Source: Squalus acanthias (taxonomy: Eukaryota). Taken from it: DNA of 64,000 nucleotides. The translations under genes were made by a program, and so were the position numbers. The first letter of the stretch is position 1, and each line of letters begins with the position of its first letter. Location: contig CM059431.1 in the NCBI GenBank assembly GCA_030390025.1, positions 152,582,001 to 152,646,000 on the forward strand, written 5' to 3'. The notes beneath the pieces were generated by a model. The model was not told the DNA's origin. It saw only the letters and a program-made list of their open reading frames with translations, and did not search any database. Positions 36,320 to 48,935 of the stretch are shown one piece after another.

Positions 36320-36945
36320 CCCAATGCGTCTCTCTATCTCCCATTCACTCGCTCCTTCTCAATCTTGTTCCTCTCTCCTTACCTCTTGCCCTGTCTCTCT
36401 TTCATTTTCTAACTTTCTTTCTTGTATTCGATTGGCTGCCGTCACTCTTACATTCACTCATGCTGCACACGTCAAACCCTCTCTCTTTCACCTTTCCCCT
36501 CCTTCCTCCACATGTGTGTCTTCTGCCTCTGATCCACTCTCTTTATTCACGTTTCCTTTTGCAAACACGGTTCACCTTTATTCTGCCACAGACCTTCTGT
36601 CTGTCTGATGTACGCCAACTATTCACACTTTGCTCGTTTCTAGTTCCCTCTCTCTCTCGTTCACATTATACGTTCTTTTTTCCCGTGCTCTCCCTCGCCC
36701 TTCCTCACTGTTTCCCTTTTCTACATCAGGCTCTTGCACTTTCCCATTCCCTCTTTCGTTCATTGGTTTGGTCTTCCGACTTGCCCTCTTTCCTCATTTA
36801 CTTTAATCGCTTTCCTCCTGTCCGCACTTCCTTTATTTCCTCTTCCCTCCTTTCAATCTCCCCTATGTCTCTTGTTTAATTTCTCCCAGTCTCTCGTTTC
36901 CTCTCTCTCCTTGTCTCTTTTATGTTCATCTCTTCCTTACTCTCC
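36320..36945. repeat. CT-rich low-complexity tract
   Basis: Strong pyrimidine bias on the + strand. Confidence 0.8.
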
Positions 36946-37509
36946 AGTACACGGCCAACTTCCCTGCTGTCTTTCAATAATACCGTGGGACTTTTGGACA
37001 TTATCTAAAAAATCAGCCTGGACCTCATTCTAACAACACATCGGTAAGATGCAGTTCCGGTAGAGTAGCAATCCCTCAGTGTCAGCCAAGAATATGTGCT
37101 CGGGTCTCTGGAGTGGGCTCCGAAAACAACACCATTTGGCTCAGTGGTACCATTGCTGACTCCTAAATGTGAAACATTTAAAAAGGCCATTTATTGGTCA
37201 ATTTTGATTGTTGTGTTATTCTTGGAGATCACCACGGCTTCTGTTTCATTGCTAAATGAAGATCAGACTACACTTCACGTGTGATAATTGTACCCACTTA
37301 CAGCAGGAAAGTTTTACTCGCTCTTTGTACTGCTCGTGGAAGTCAGTCAGCTATTGTCCGTGCCTGTTTTATTTCCCCACAAATAGGGATGTGTAAACAC
37401 AGTAATCATCTGTGGATGTTGGATCCATTGGCAGAAGCCGCAGCATTTGCTCCCCTGTCTTTATCTTCAGGAAACAGGCACTAGTGTCAATTTCTGCCAA
37501 ATCCGTGCT

Positions 37510-38062
37510 CCAGGTGCAGGAAGTCATCAAAAAGACTAATGGACCACTGGCCTTTTTATCTACAGAACTAGAATACAAGGGGGCAGACGTTATGCTGCAG
37601 CTATACAAAACACTGGTTAGACCACACTTGGAGTACTGTGAACATTCCTGGGCAGCATACCTTAGGAAGGCTATATAGGCCTTGGACGGAGACCAGCATA
37701 GGTTTACAAGAATGATACACGGAATCCAAGGTTTAAATTACGATTACACAAACTAGGGTTGTAATCCGTAGAATTTAGAAGGTTAAGGGGTGGTTTGATT
37801 GAAGTTTTCAAGGTATTAATCTGAACAGATAAGGTAGATAGAGAGTAAGGTAGAAGTTTGAAACTCTCTTCCACAAACGGTAATTGATGCGAGATTAATT
37901 GTTAATTTTAAATCTGAGATTGAAAGGTTTTTGTTAATTAAAGGTATAATGCGAAATGGACCAAAGTTGGGTATATGCAGTTAGGTCGCAGATCCGCCAT
38001 GACCTCATTGAATGGCTGAACAGGCTCGAGAAGCTAAATGGACTACTCCTGTTCATATGTAC
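37510..38062 (+). mobile_element. Degenerate CR1 3' fragment
   Basis: LQLYKTLVRPHLEYC and 3' tail. Confidence 0.85.
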
Positions 38063-38064
38063 CG

Positions 38065-41000
38065 AGAATGTGGGCTGCGATGTGTGATCAGAATGTTGGA
38101 TATGATTTGTAATCACAACGTGGAGTCTGGTTTGTGATCAGAATGTGGGACGTGATTTGGTGTCAGAATGTAGGCTATGATTTGTGATCAGAATGTGGGC
38201 TGTGTTTTGTGATCAGAATGTGGGCTGTGATTTGTGTTTAATATGTGGTCTCTAATTTGGGATCAGAATGTGGGCTGTGATCTGTGATCAGAATGTGGAC
38301 TGTGATTTGTGACCAGAATTTGGGTTACTCTTTGTGATCAGAATGCGAACTGTGGTTTGTGATCAGATGTGGCTATGATTTGTCATCAGAATGTGGACTG
38401 TGATTTGTGATCAGAATGTGAACTGTGATTTGTGATCAGAATGTGAACTGTGATTTGTGATCAGATGTGGTCTGTGGTATGTGATCAGAATGTGGAGTGT
38501 GATTTTTGATCAGAATTTTGGGTTGCAATTTGTGATCAGAATGTGGACTGTGATCTGTGGTCAAAATGTGGGCTGTGATTTGTGTCCAGAATGTGGGCTG
38601 TGATTTGTGTCCAGAATGTGGAGTGTGATTTTTGATCAGAATTTGGGTTGCAATTTGTGATCGGAATCTGGACTGTGATTTGTGATCAGAATGTGAACTG
38701 TCGTTTGTGATCTTTGATCAGAATGTGGACTGTGATTTGTGATCGGAATGTTTGCTGTGATTTGAGTTCAGAATGTGGACTGTGATTTGTGATCAGAATG
38801 TGGACTGTGATTTGTGATCAGAATGTGGATTGTGATTTTTGATCAGAATGTGAATTGCGATTTGTGATCTATATGTGGAGGCTGATTTTTACAGAATGTG
38901 GGCGGTGATCTGTGATCAAAATGTGGGCTGTGATTTGTGGTCAGAATATTGGCTATGATTTATGATCAGAATGTAGACTGTCCTTACTAATCAGTATGTG
39001 ATCTGTGATTTGTGATCAGAATGTAGGATGTGATTTGTAATCTCAATGTGGACTCTGGTTTGTGGTTAGAATGTCGTCTGGATTTGTGATCAGAATGTGG
39101 GCTGTGTTTTGTGATCAGATTTGGGCAGTGATTTGTAATCAGATTTGGGCTGTGATTTGTGATCAGATTTGGGTTGTAATTTGTGTTCAGAATGTGGGAT
39201 GTGATTTGTGATCAGAATGTTGGCTACGATTTGTGATCAGAATGTCGACTGTGATCTCTAATCAGAATGTGGGCAATGATTTGTGATCAGAATGTCGACT
39301 GTGATCAGTAATCAGAATGTGGGCGATGATTTATGATCAGAATGTGGGCTGTGATTTGAAATCCCAAAGTGGGCTATGATTTGTGATCAGAATGTGGACT
39401 GTGATTTGAAATCCCAAAGTGGGATGTGATTTGTTATCAGAATGTTAACTGAGATTTGTGATCAGAATTCGGCAGAGATTTGTGATCAGAATTGGGCTGT
39501 GATTTGTGATCAGAATGTGGACTGAGATTTGTGAACATAATGACGGCTGTGATCTGTGATCAGAACATGGGCAGTGATTTGTGATCTCAATGTGGACTTT
39601 GATTTGTGATCAGATATGCGCTATGATCTGTGATCGGAATGTGGGCTCTTATTTGTGATCAGAATGTGCATTGCAATTTGTGACCAGAATGTGGAATGCG
39701 ATTTGTGATCAGAATGTGGGCAGGATTTCTTGATCAGAATGTTGTCTGCGATTTATGATCATATTATGGACTGTGATTTGTGATCAGATGTTGGCTATGG
39801 TTTGTGAGCTGAACGTTGACAGTGATTTGTGATCAGAATGCGGGCTGTGATTTGTGATCAGAATGTTGAATGTGATTTGTGGTCAGAATGTGGGACGTGA
39901 TTTGTGGTCAGTATGTTGGCTATGATTTGGGTTCAGAATGTGGACTGTGATTTGTGATCAGAATGCCGGCTGTGATTTGTGATCAGAATGTTTGATGTGC
40001 TTTGTAATCTCAATGTAGATTCTGATTTGTGGTCAGAATGTGGGACGTGATTTGGGGTTAGAATATTGGCTATGATTTGAGATCTGAATGTGGACTGTGA
40101 TTATATATTTGTATGCGGACTGTGATTTGTGATCAGAACGTTGACTGTGAATTGTGATCAGAAAGTGGACAGTGATTTGTGATCAGAATTTGGGTTGCGA
40201 TTTGTGATCAGAATGTGGACTGTGATCTGTGGTCAAAATGTGGGCTGTGAATTGTGTCCAGAATGTAGGCTGTGATTTTTGAACAGAATGTGAATTGTCG
40301 TTTGTGATCAGAACGTGGACTGTGATGTGTGATCAGAATGTGGGCTGTGATGTTTGATCAGAACGTGATCAGTGATTTGTGATCAGAATGTGGGCTGTGA
40401 TGTTTGATCAGAACGTGGACAGTGAGTTGTGCTCAGAATGTGGGCTGTGACGTGTGAACAGAATATGCATTGTGATCAGAAAGAGGACTATGATTTGTGA
40501 TAAGAATTTGGGTTGTGATTTGTGATCAGAATGTGGACTGTGATTTGTGATCAGAATGTGGAATGTGATCAGAAAGTGGACTATGATTTGTGATAAGAAT
40601 TTTGGTTGTGATTTGCAATCAGAATGTGGACTGTGATTTATGATCAGAATATGTGCTGTAATTTGTGTTCAGAATGTGGACTGTGATTTCTGATCAGAAT
40701 GTGAACTGTGATCTGTGATCAGAATGTGAACTATGATTTGTGATCAGATGTGGGCTATGGTTTGTGATCAGAATGTGGACTGTGATTTTTGATCAGAATG
40801 TTGGATGTGTTTTATAATCTCAATGTATAGTCTGATTTGGGATCAGAATGTTGGTTATGATTGGAGATCAGAATGTGGACTGTGATTTGTGATCAGATTT
40901 GTGCTATAGTTTGTGATCAGAATGTGGACTGTGATATATGATCAGAATGTGGTCTATGAGTTGTGATCAGATGTGGGCTATGATTTATGATCTGAAAGTC

Positions 41001-43070
41001 GACTGTGGTTAGTTATCAGATTGTGATAAGTGATTTGTGATCAAAATGTGGAATGAGATTTGTAATCTCAATTTAGACTCCGGTTTGTTGTTAGAATGTG
41101 AGCTGTTATTTATGATCAGAAAGTGGGCTGTCATTTGTGATCAGGATGTGGGCTGCGATTTGTGATCAGAATGTGAACTGTGATTTGTGATCAGAATGTT
41201 GACATTGATTTATGATTAGAATTATTGATATGATTTGTGATCAGAACGTAGATTATCATTCGCGATAAAAATGTGGGCTCTGATATATGATCAGCTTATA
41301 TGCTTTGATTTGTGATTAGAATGTGTACAGTGATTGGGATCAGAATGTAGAATCTTATTTCTGGTCAGGGTGTGGGCTCTTATTAGTGATGAGAATATGG
41401 GCTATGATTTGTGATTAGAATGTGGACTGTGATTTGTTATCAGAATGAGGGCAATGATTTGTGATCAGAATATGAGCTGTGATCAGTGATCCAAATGTGG
41501 ACTGTGATTTGTGATCAGAATGTTGATTTTGGTATGTGATCATAATGTGGAGTTGATTTGTGATCAGAATACGGGCTGTGATTTTTGATCAGAATTTTGG
41601 ATGTGATTTGTAATCTCAGTGTAGTCTGATTTGTGGTCAGAATTTGGGATGTCATTTGAGGTCAGAATGTTGGCTATGATTTGAGATCAGAATGTAGACT
41701 GTGATTTGTGTTTAATATGTGAACTGTAATTTGAGATCAGAATGTGGGCTGTGATTTGCGATCAGGATGTGGACTGTGACTTGTGGTCAGAATGTGGACT
41801 GTGATTTGTTATCAGAATATGTGCTGTGATTTGTGTTCAGAATGTGTGCTGTGATTTGTATTCAGAATGTGTGCTGTGATTTGTGTTCAGAATGTGGACT
41901 GTGATTTGTGTTCAGAATGTGGACTGTGATTTGTGTTCAGAATGTGGACTGTGATCTGTGGTCAAAATGTTGGCTAAGGTTTGTGTCCAGTATGTGGGCT
42001 GTGATTTGTGATCAGAATGTGAGCTGTCGTTTGTGATCAGAGTGTGGACTGTAATTTGTGTTCAGAATGCGGATTGTGATTTGTAATGAGAAAGTGGACT
42101 ATGATTTGTGATCAGAATTTGGGATGCGATGTTTGATCAGAATGTGGACTGTGATCTGTGATAAAAATGTTAGCTGTGATTTGTGTCCAGAATGTGGCTG
42201 TGATTTGTGATCAGAATGTGGGCTGTGATTTGTGATCAGAATTTGGATTTAGATTTGTCATTTGAATGTGGACTCTGATTTTTTATCAGAATGTGGACTA
42301 TGATCTGTGATCACAATGCGGGCTGTTATTTGTGATCACAATGAGGGCTATGATTTTTGATTAGAATGTGGACTGTGGTTAGTAATCTGAATGTGATCTG
42401 TGATTTGTGATCACAATATGTGCTGTGATTTGTGATCAGAATGTGCTCTGTGATTTGTGATCACAATATGTGCTGTGATCTATGATTAACATGTGGGCTG
42501 TGATTTATGACCATAATCTGGACTGTCTTTGGTGATCAAATTATTAACTGTGATTTGTGATCCGAATGTTGACATTGATATGTGATTACAATTTTGGATG
42601 TGATTTGTGATCAGAATGTGGGATATGATTTGTGATCAGAAGGTAGATTGTGATTCGCGATGAAAATCTGGGCTCTGATATGTGATCAGATTATATGCTT
42701 TGATTTGTGATTAGAATGTGTACAGTGATTGGGATCAGAATGTAGAATCTTATTTCTGGTCAGGGTGCGGGCTGTTATAAGTGATGAGAATATGGGCTAT
42801 GATTTGTGTTCAGAATGTTTGCTGTGATTTGTTATCAGAATGAGGGCAATGATTGTGATCAGAATGTGAACTGTGATCTGAGTTCAGAATGTAAACTTTT
42901 ATCTGTGATCAGAATGTGGGCTGTGATTTGTGATCAGAATTTGGGTTAAGATTTGAGATCTGAATGTGGGCTGTGATCTGTGATCAAATGTGGACTGTGA
43001 TTTGTGATCAGAATTTGGACTGTGATTGGTGATTAGAATATTTACTCTGACTTGTGTTCAGAATGTGGGG
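38065..43070. repeat. ~5-kb satellite, 25-bp monomer (tcagaatgtggactgtgatttgtga), roughly 200 copies
   Basis: Direct reading; the TGATCA palindrome occurs in most monomers. Confidence 0.97.
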
Positions 43071-43074
43071 CCCT

Positions 43075-43605
43075 CCTTTTTGATAAAAGAAGGTTATTGT
43101 TACCATAGAGGGAGTGCACCAGATTTCACCAAACTGGTTCCTGGGTTGGGGGCATTGTCCTTTGATGAGAGTTTGAGTAGACTAGGCCTATATTCTCCGG
43201 TGTTTGGAAGAATGAGAGGTGATCTCATCGAAACAAACCAAATTCTTACAGGGCTTGAGCCGGTACATGCAAGGAGGATGTTTCCCCTGGCCGAGGATTC
43301 TAGAACCAGGGGTCACAGACTCAGAATAAGGGGTCGGCCATTTAGGACTGAGATGAGGAGAAATGTCTTCATTCAGAGGGTGGTGAATCTTTGGAATTCT
43401 GTACCCCAGCGTGCTGTGGAGGCTAAGTCGTTGGGTATATTAAAGACAGAGATCGACAGATTTTTGAATATTAAGGGAATCAATGAATATGGAGATAGTG
43501 CACGAAAGTGGAGATGACGTAGAAGATCAGCCATGATCTGATTGAATGTCGGAGCAAGCTCGAAGGGCCGAATGGCCTACTCCTGCTCCTATTTCTTAGG
43601 TAATT
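43075..43605 (+). mobile_element. 5'-truncated CR1 inserted at the satellite edge
   Basis: MRGDLIET...RVVNLWNSVPQRAVEA and 3' tail. Confidence 0.9.
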
Positions 43606-43715
43606 ATGTGATCTCTAATTTGATATCAGATTTCTGTTGTTATTTCAGATTTCCAGCATCCGCAGTATTTTGCTATCGTATTAGTGTTTGGTTCACTGCC
43701 ACCTCTCTTCTAGGA

Positions 43716-46412
43716 ATGCCTACCTTGAAGAAGTTCTGCTCTTCTCTTCGACGGGATTTCCGTTTGGCTCTTCAACCTTGTTCATCTTCATTGATTTCAG
43801 TTTCCCTTCTCGTGTTTGATGAGGTATCTTCCAAGACTCGGTTTCACAGCCACATTACTTTCCTCAGCAACTGTCTCCGGTTCCGACTTATCCCACGTGG
43901 ATTCCAACTAAACTTCCACCCTTCGTGTTTCGGATCAACCCAGGATTACAAATATCTCCAAGATATTCATCGTTCCTCGAACTACTACTCTCGCCGCATC
44001 TTGAGATCCACGCTCAACGCCATGCGGCGCCACATGAACACTCTCGACATCTCTCTTCAGCAGCACCGACGCACTCTATCTCAAAGCTGTCCGGGTCCAC
44101 AGTTCCATTTCATCCTTAGAATCATCCGACGCTTCAACAAAAAACTTTTCTTCTACCTTTCCGATGTCAAGGATCGCAAGCTTCAACAACTCTTGGACAC
44201 TAACGCCCCTCCGGAACCTTCTTCCCCTTCACTTTCCTCTGACCCCCCTTCTCCCAATCTCACCCCCTGCCGCGTTTTCACTATCCCCTCTGACCTTCCC
44301 CTCTCTGACTCCGAACGATCAGTCCTCAGCAAAGGCCTGACCTTCATCCCCTTACGCCCCCATCTCAATGAATTTCGAGCTCGGCACGATGCTGAGCTCT
44401 TTTTCCGCCGCCTCCGTCTCCGTGCCCACTTCTCTGGCCAGGACGCTTCCCCCCGCACTGCTTACCCTTTCTCCCGCTTTCAGAATTCTCGTTCCACCTG
44501 GACCCCTCCCTCTGGCCTCTTACCCTCTCTAGATCTTTTCATTGCTAACTGCCGCCGTGACATCGGCCAGCTCAATTTCTCTGCTCCCCTCACTCACTCC
44601 AACCTACCTCCCTCTGAACTTGCAGCACTCCATTCTCTCCGATCCAACCCTGACATTGTCATTAAACCTGCTGACAAGGGTGGCGCTGTTGTTGTTTGGC
44701 GAACCGACCTCTACCTAGCGGAAGTTGAACGCCAACTCTCTGACACCTCCTCCTACCTCCACCTGGACCATGACCCCACTACTGAACATCAAGCCACCGT
44801 GTCCAAGACCGTCACTGACCTCATCTCCTCTGGAGATCTTCCCCCCACGGCCGCCAACCTCATAGTTCCCCAACCGCGCACAGCCCGCTTCTACCTCCTT
44901 CCCAAGATCCACAAACAGGTCTGCCCCGGTAGACCCATCGTTTCAGCCTGTTCTTGCCCCACGGAACTTATCTCTTCCTATCTCGACTCTATTTTTTCTC
45001 CCCTTGTCCAGTCTCTTCCCACCTACATCCGCGACTCTTCCGATGCCCTGCGCCATTTTAACAGTTTCCAGTTTCCCGGCCCCAACCGTCTCCTCTTCAC
45101 TATGGACGTACAATCCCTCGACACCTCCATTCCCCACCAGGATGGCCTGAGGGCGCTCCGCTTCTTCCTTGAACAGAGGCCCAACCAGTCCCCATCCACC
45201 ACCACCCTCCTCCGCCTGGCTGAACTTGTTCTCACGTTGAACAACTTCTCCTTTGACTCTACCCATTTCCTCCAAATTAAAGGTGTTGCTATGGGTACCC
45301 GCATGGGTCCTAGCTATGCCTGCCTTTTCGTGGGATATGTGGAACACTCTTTGTTCCAGTCCTACTCGGGTCCCCTCCCTCACCTCTTTTTCCGGTACAT
45401 TGATGACTGTATCGGTGCCGTCTCCTGCTCTCGCCCTGAACTAGAACATTTCATTCACTATGCTTCCAATTTCCACCCTTCCCTCACCTTCACATGGTCC
45501 ATCTCCGACTCTTCCCTTCCCTTCCTCGACTTCTCCATCTCCATCTCTGGGGATAGGTTATTGACTAACATTCACTACAAGCCCACTGACTCCCACAGCT
45601 ACCTGGACTACACTTCCTCCCACCCCGCCTCCTGTAAGGACTCTATTCCATTCTCCCAGTTTCTCCGTCTCCGCCGCATCTGCTCTGATGATGCCACCTT
45701 CCATACCAGTGCTTCCGACATGTCTTCCTTTTTCCTCAACCGAGGATTCCCCTCTACCGTGGTCGACACGGCCCTCGACCGTGTCCGTTCTATCTCCCGC
45801 ACTTCTGCCCTTACCCCTGCCCCTCCCTCCCGGAACCACGATAGGGTTCCCCTTGTCCTCACCTTTCACCCCAACAGCCTCCACATTCAACGGATCATCC
45901 TCCGCCATTTCCGCCACCTCCAGCGTGATCCCACCACCAAACACATCTTCCCCTCACCTCCCCTTTCAGCATTCCGCAGCGACCGCTCCCTCCGCGACAC
46001 CCTAGTCCACTCCTCTACCACCCCCAGCACCCCTTCCCCTTTGCCCGGCACCTTCCCGTGCACGCGCAGGAGATGCTACATATGCCCTTACACCTCCCCT
46101 CTTCCCACTGTCCAGGGCCCCAAACACCCCTTCCAGGTGAAACAGCGATTTACTTGTACTTCCTGCAATTTAGTATACTGTATTCGCTGCTCACGATGTG
46201 GTCTCCTCTACATTGGGGAGACCAAACGCAGATTGGGTGACCGCTTTGCGGAACACCTCCGTTCAGTCCGTAAGGGGGACCCCGAGCTCCCGGTGGCCTG
46301 TCACTTTAATTCACCGCTTCACTCCCACTCTGACCTCACCGTCCTCGGCCTATTACACTGTTCACGGAAGCGCAGCGTAAGCTCGAGGAACAGCACCTCA
46401 TCTTTCGTTTAG
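43716..46412 (+). CDS. Penelope RT / GIY-YIG endonuclease polyprotein; 1-bp frameshift near 46365 (ancestral stop 46463-46465)
   Basis: KPADKGG, PKIHK...GRPIVS, TMDV.SL.TSIP, GVAMGT, FRYIDD, VYCIRCSRCGLLYIGET, EHLRSV, VACHF. The C-terminus KLEEQHLIFRLGTLQPSGLN lies in a shifted frame. Confidence 0.92.
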   Translation: MPTLKKFCSSLRRDFRLALQPCSSSLISVSLLVFDEVSSKTRFHSHITFLSNCLRFRLIPRGFQLNFHPSCFGSTQDYKYLQDIHRSSNYYSRRILRSTLNAMRRHMNTLDISLQQHRRTLSQSCPGPQFHFILRIIRRFNKKLFFYLSDVKDRKLQQLLDTNAPPEPSSPSLSSDPPSPNLTPCRVFTIPSDLPLSDSERSVLSKGLTFIPLRPHLNEFRARHDAELFFRRLRLRAHFSGQDASPRTAYPFSRFQNSRSTWTPPSGLLPSLDLFIANCRRDIGQLNFSAPLTHSNLPPSELAALHSLRSNPDIVIKPADKGGAVVVWRTDLYLAEVERQLSDTSSYLHLDHDPTTEHQATVSKTVTDLISSGDLPPTAANLIVPQPRTARFYLLPKIHKQVCPGRPIVSACSCPTELISSYLDSIFSPLVQSLPTYIRDSSDALRHFNSFQFPGPNRLLFTMDVQSLDTSIPHQDGLRALRFFLEQRPNQSPSTTTLLRLAELVLTLNNFSFDSTHFLQIKGVAMGTRMGPSYACLFVGYVEHSLFQSYSGPLPHLFFRYIDDCIGAVSCSRPELEHFIHYASNFHPSLTFTWSISDSSLPFLDFSISISGDRLLTNIHYKPTDSHSYLDYTSSHPASCKDSIPFSQFLRLRRICSDDATFHTSASDMSSFFLNRGFPSTVVDTALDRVRSISRTSALTPAPPSRNHDRVPLVLTFHPNSLHIQRIILRHFRHLQRDPTTKHIFPSPPLSAFRSDRSLRDTLVHSSTTPSTPSPLPGTFPCTRRRCYICPYTSPLPTVQGPKHPFQVKQRFTCTSCNLVYCIRCSRCGLLYIGETKRRLGDRFAEHLRSVRKGDPELPVACHFNSPLHSHSDLTVLGLLHCSRKRSVSSRNSTSSFV

Positions 46413-46747
46413 GCACGCTACAGCCCTCTGGACTCAATATCGAGTTCAACAATTTTAGATCATAACCTCAGCTCCAATCACATTTATATTTTATTTTTTC
46501 CACCCTTTTATTTGCCACCCCCCCACCTTTTTTTTTCTTCCTCCTAGAAGCTGGCAGCTGTCCTTCATTCTGCCAGTGGATTTCACACTTCTTTCAGCCT
46601 TAATCTGTCACATTTACACCACCTCTAGCCTTGCATATCTCTTAATGTCTCTTAATGTCTCTTCATCTCCCCCTTTGTTCTTTTATCCCCTCCCCCTTTT
46701 CCCAGCTTTACTCTGGCCTTAAATCTATTTGATTTCCGGCTCTTCAC

Positions 46748-46784
46748 AGTTCTGATGAAAGGTCATCGACCTGAAACGTTAACT
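46748..46784 (+). ncRNA. Minimal type I hammerhead ribozyme in the Penelope pLTR
   Basis: agtt-CTGATGA-a-aggtc-atc-gacct-GAAA-CGTT-aact; canonical core. Confidence 0.85.
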
Positions 46785-47386
46785 CTCTTTCTCTCTCCAC
46801 GGATGCTGCCTGGCCTGCTGAGTTTTTCCAGCGTTTTCTGTTGTTATTTCAGATATATGGGGGCTGTTTTTTGATCATAATGCTTTTTTTGATTGCAGTA
46901 TGAGCACTCACTTGTGTCAAGGATTCAGTTAGTACTTCATTTTTTCTCGACAGTTTATCCCATCTTTTCCATTACGAATCAACATGCTCGGCTATAGATT
47001 GTTTCGCTGCAATATTCATGTACTGTATCTTCGTGTTTATGGTGCAAAGTAATATTGTAAACATTTTAATTAGTGCCACTGTAAAACTGTGAACATCCAT
47101 GGAGTCAGTGATTAAATGAAAATATATTAGTTCATATTTAAGAATCAGGCCGCTGACAATTTTTAATTCCTACTTTTGATTCACATCAGTTTAGGGGGCA
47201 ATATGGAACAGTACAATCATTACACAAACGTGCATTTAGTGGATATATAATTACAACAGAGTACTGAGATTGGATTAATGTACAGATTTACATAAAACAT
47301 TTACATATATTACAGTTAGTTTACAGAAACGGTTATCAATACTTTTCTTGTACCTGCGGATACTGTACTTGCAGTTTGTACCAAAG

Positions 47387-47474
47387 TCACACCCACACTT
47401 CCAGTCCAGCTCTGGATACTTGCAATGACCTCAGTTGTTTTTTTCCAAATACGGTGAAGTTGTTGCCAACCAAC
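47387..47474 (-). CDS. NLR terminal exon (LVGNNFTVFGKKQLRSLQVSRAGLEVWV*)
   Basis: tttcag| acceptor, phase 2, TGA at 47387-47389. Confidence 0.8.
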
Positions 47475-47722
47475 CTGAAAGAGCATTCAGCAATTAATAT
47501 AAATAATATCAAAACAGTGAAATCGTGTTATAAACGGTACAATAATGCATTAATAGCACGGACTTATTAATAAACCTACGCGTGGGATGCCCTTCAATTA
47601 ATTATCTGTGAGTATTGTAAAGCACAGTTATAGCATTGCGGGATGGATATTTCGTCAGTATGATACCAGTTTACAAATAAACGAGGCGCGGAAAAATCAA
47701 GGGAAACTAGTGGTTCACTCAC

Positions 47723-47890
47723 CTGATCCACTTCAGTCCTGTGCAGGATTGTATGAGGCGCGTGAAGGTGGCAATGGATTTATCCCTGAAACAATTTCTG
47801 TCCAAGTCCAACCTCATCAAGGACCAATTTGCACCGACAGAAGAGGCAAGGTCTTCTGCGCATGCGTCTGTGAGGCCATTGTAATCCAAT
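47723..47890 (-). CDS. NLR LRR exon, 168 bp
   Basis: atag| ... |gtgagt; LDYNGLTDACAEDLASS...LDLDRNCF. Confidence 0.88.
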
Positions 47891-48051
47891 CTATATATGT
47901 GAGAGAGCCAAAGTTTAACTTCAGGGAGTACTGTTCTGGACACAGAATTTATATAATAGTGCTCTTTATAATAATTGCAAGCGTATTAACTCTATGTCAT
48001 TATACAATCATTATCAACCGATACTTTTACGATTCAGTGTGTTTCTCCTGC

Positions 48052-48222
48052 CTCAGTATTGTGATTTTGCAGTCGGGATCCCTCAGTGCGGCACACAGTC
48101 GTTTGGCTCCTGAATCGCCCAGACTGTTGTGGCTCAAGACCAATACTTCGAGTGTCCGGTTTATACTTAGAGCAGAGGCGAGGTGTTCAGCGCAAACATC
48201 GGTAAGTTGGTTATCCCACAAC
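48052..48222 (-). CDS. NLR LRR exon, 171 bp, with GC donor
   Basis: gcag| ... ag|gcagga; LWDNQLTDVCAEHLASAL...NSLGDSGAKRLC. Confidence 0.85.
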
Positions 48223-48354
48223 CTGCATCGGTCACAGAGATACAACTTTTTGTTCCAAGACTCACCTCAAAACATACAATGGTAACTTGTAAAAAATAAA
48301 CAAACGTGCATTGATAGAGCCAGTTTCACATCCTGCGACCTCCACGAAAGATCC

Positions 48355-48935
48355 GCCTTGGCTCAGTTAGTAGCTCTCTCGCCTCCAGCTCAGAAAGTTG
48401 TGGGTTCATAGTACCACTCCCGAGAATTGCGCACGAAAATTTAGGCTGACACTCCAGTGCAGAACTGAGGGAGTGCTGCACTGTCGGAGGTGCCGTTTTG
48501 CCATGAGACGTTAAACCGAGGCCTCGTCTGCCCTCTCAGATCGACGTAAAATATCCCATGACACTATTTGGAAGAAGAGCCATGGAAGCTGTCCCGGATG
48601 TCCGAGCCAATATTCCGCCCTCAATCAACATCACTAAAAACAGATTATCTGGTCATTATCACATTGCTGTTTGTAAGAGATTGGCTGCCGCGTTTCCTAC
48701 ATTACAAGTGACTAAACTTCAAAAACAAGTACTTCATTGGCTGTAATCCGCGTTTGGATGTCCGGATATCGTGAAATCCTCTGCATAAATGCAACTCTCT
48801 TTTTTTCTCGCAGTCAAAATGTTGTGGATTCAAGTCCCACTCCCGAGACTTGAGACCATAATCTCGGCTGACACTGCAGTGCAGTATTGAGGGAGTGCTG
48901 CAGCTTCGGACTATTCCAGTGGCTTTTGGATGAGA
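48355..48935 (+). mobile_element. Deu-domain SINE, full length (to ~48805), followed by a second 5' fragment
   Basis: tRNA-like head tggctcagttagtagc, Deu core ctgagggagtgctgcactgtcggaggtgccg...gagacgttaaaccgagg. Confidence 0.88.

Larger units (their letters stand above)
43631..46854 (+). mobile_element. Near-complete Penelope-like retroelement (Neptune-type)
   Basis: Single long ORF with RT and GIY-YIG. 20-bp terminal direct repeat tttctgttgttatttcagat (43631-43650 and 46835-46854). Hammerhead in the 3' region. Confidence 0.95.

Noticed and set aside
36324-37033. Overlapping Ser/Leu/Phe-rich ORFs
   Set aside because: Consequence of the CT-rich low-complexity tract.
37300-37362. Minus-strand exon-like segment ending in gtaagt
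   Set aside because: Stops in all three frames; at most non-coding.
38065-43070. Possible CRISPR-like array or coding repeat
   Set aside because: Monomers are contiguous with no unique spacers, the context is eukaryotic, the period of 25 is not a multiple of 3, and there are no ORFs.
43542-43715. N-terminal 58 aa of the 956-aa ORF
   Set aside because: Derived from the CR1 tail, satellite and pLTR; the first plausible ATG is at 43716.
47608-48285. 225-aa + strand ORF
   Set aside because: Antisense shadow of two NLR LRR exons and their intron.
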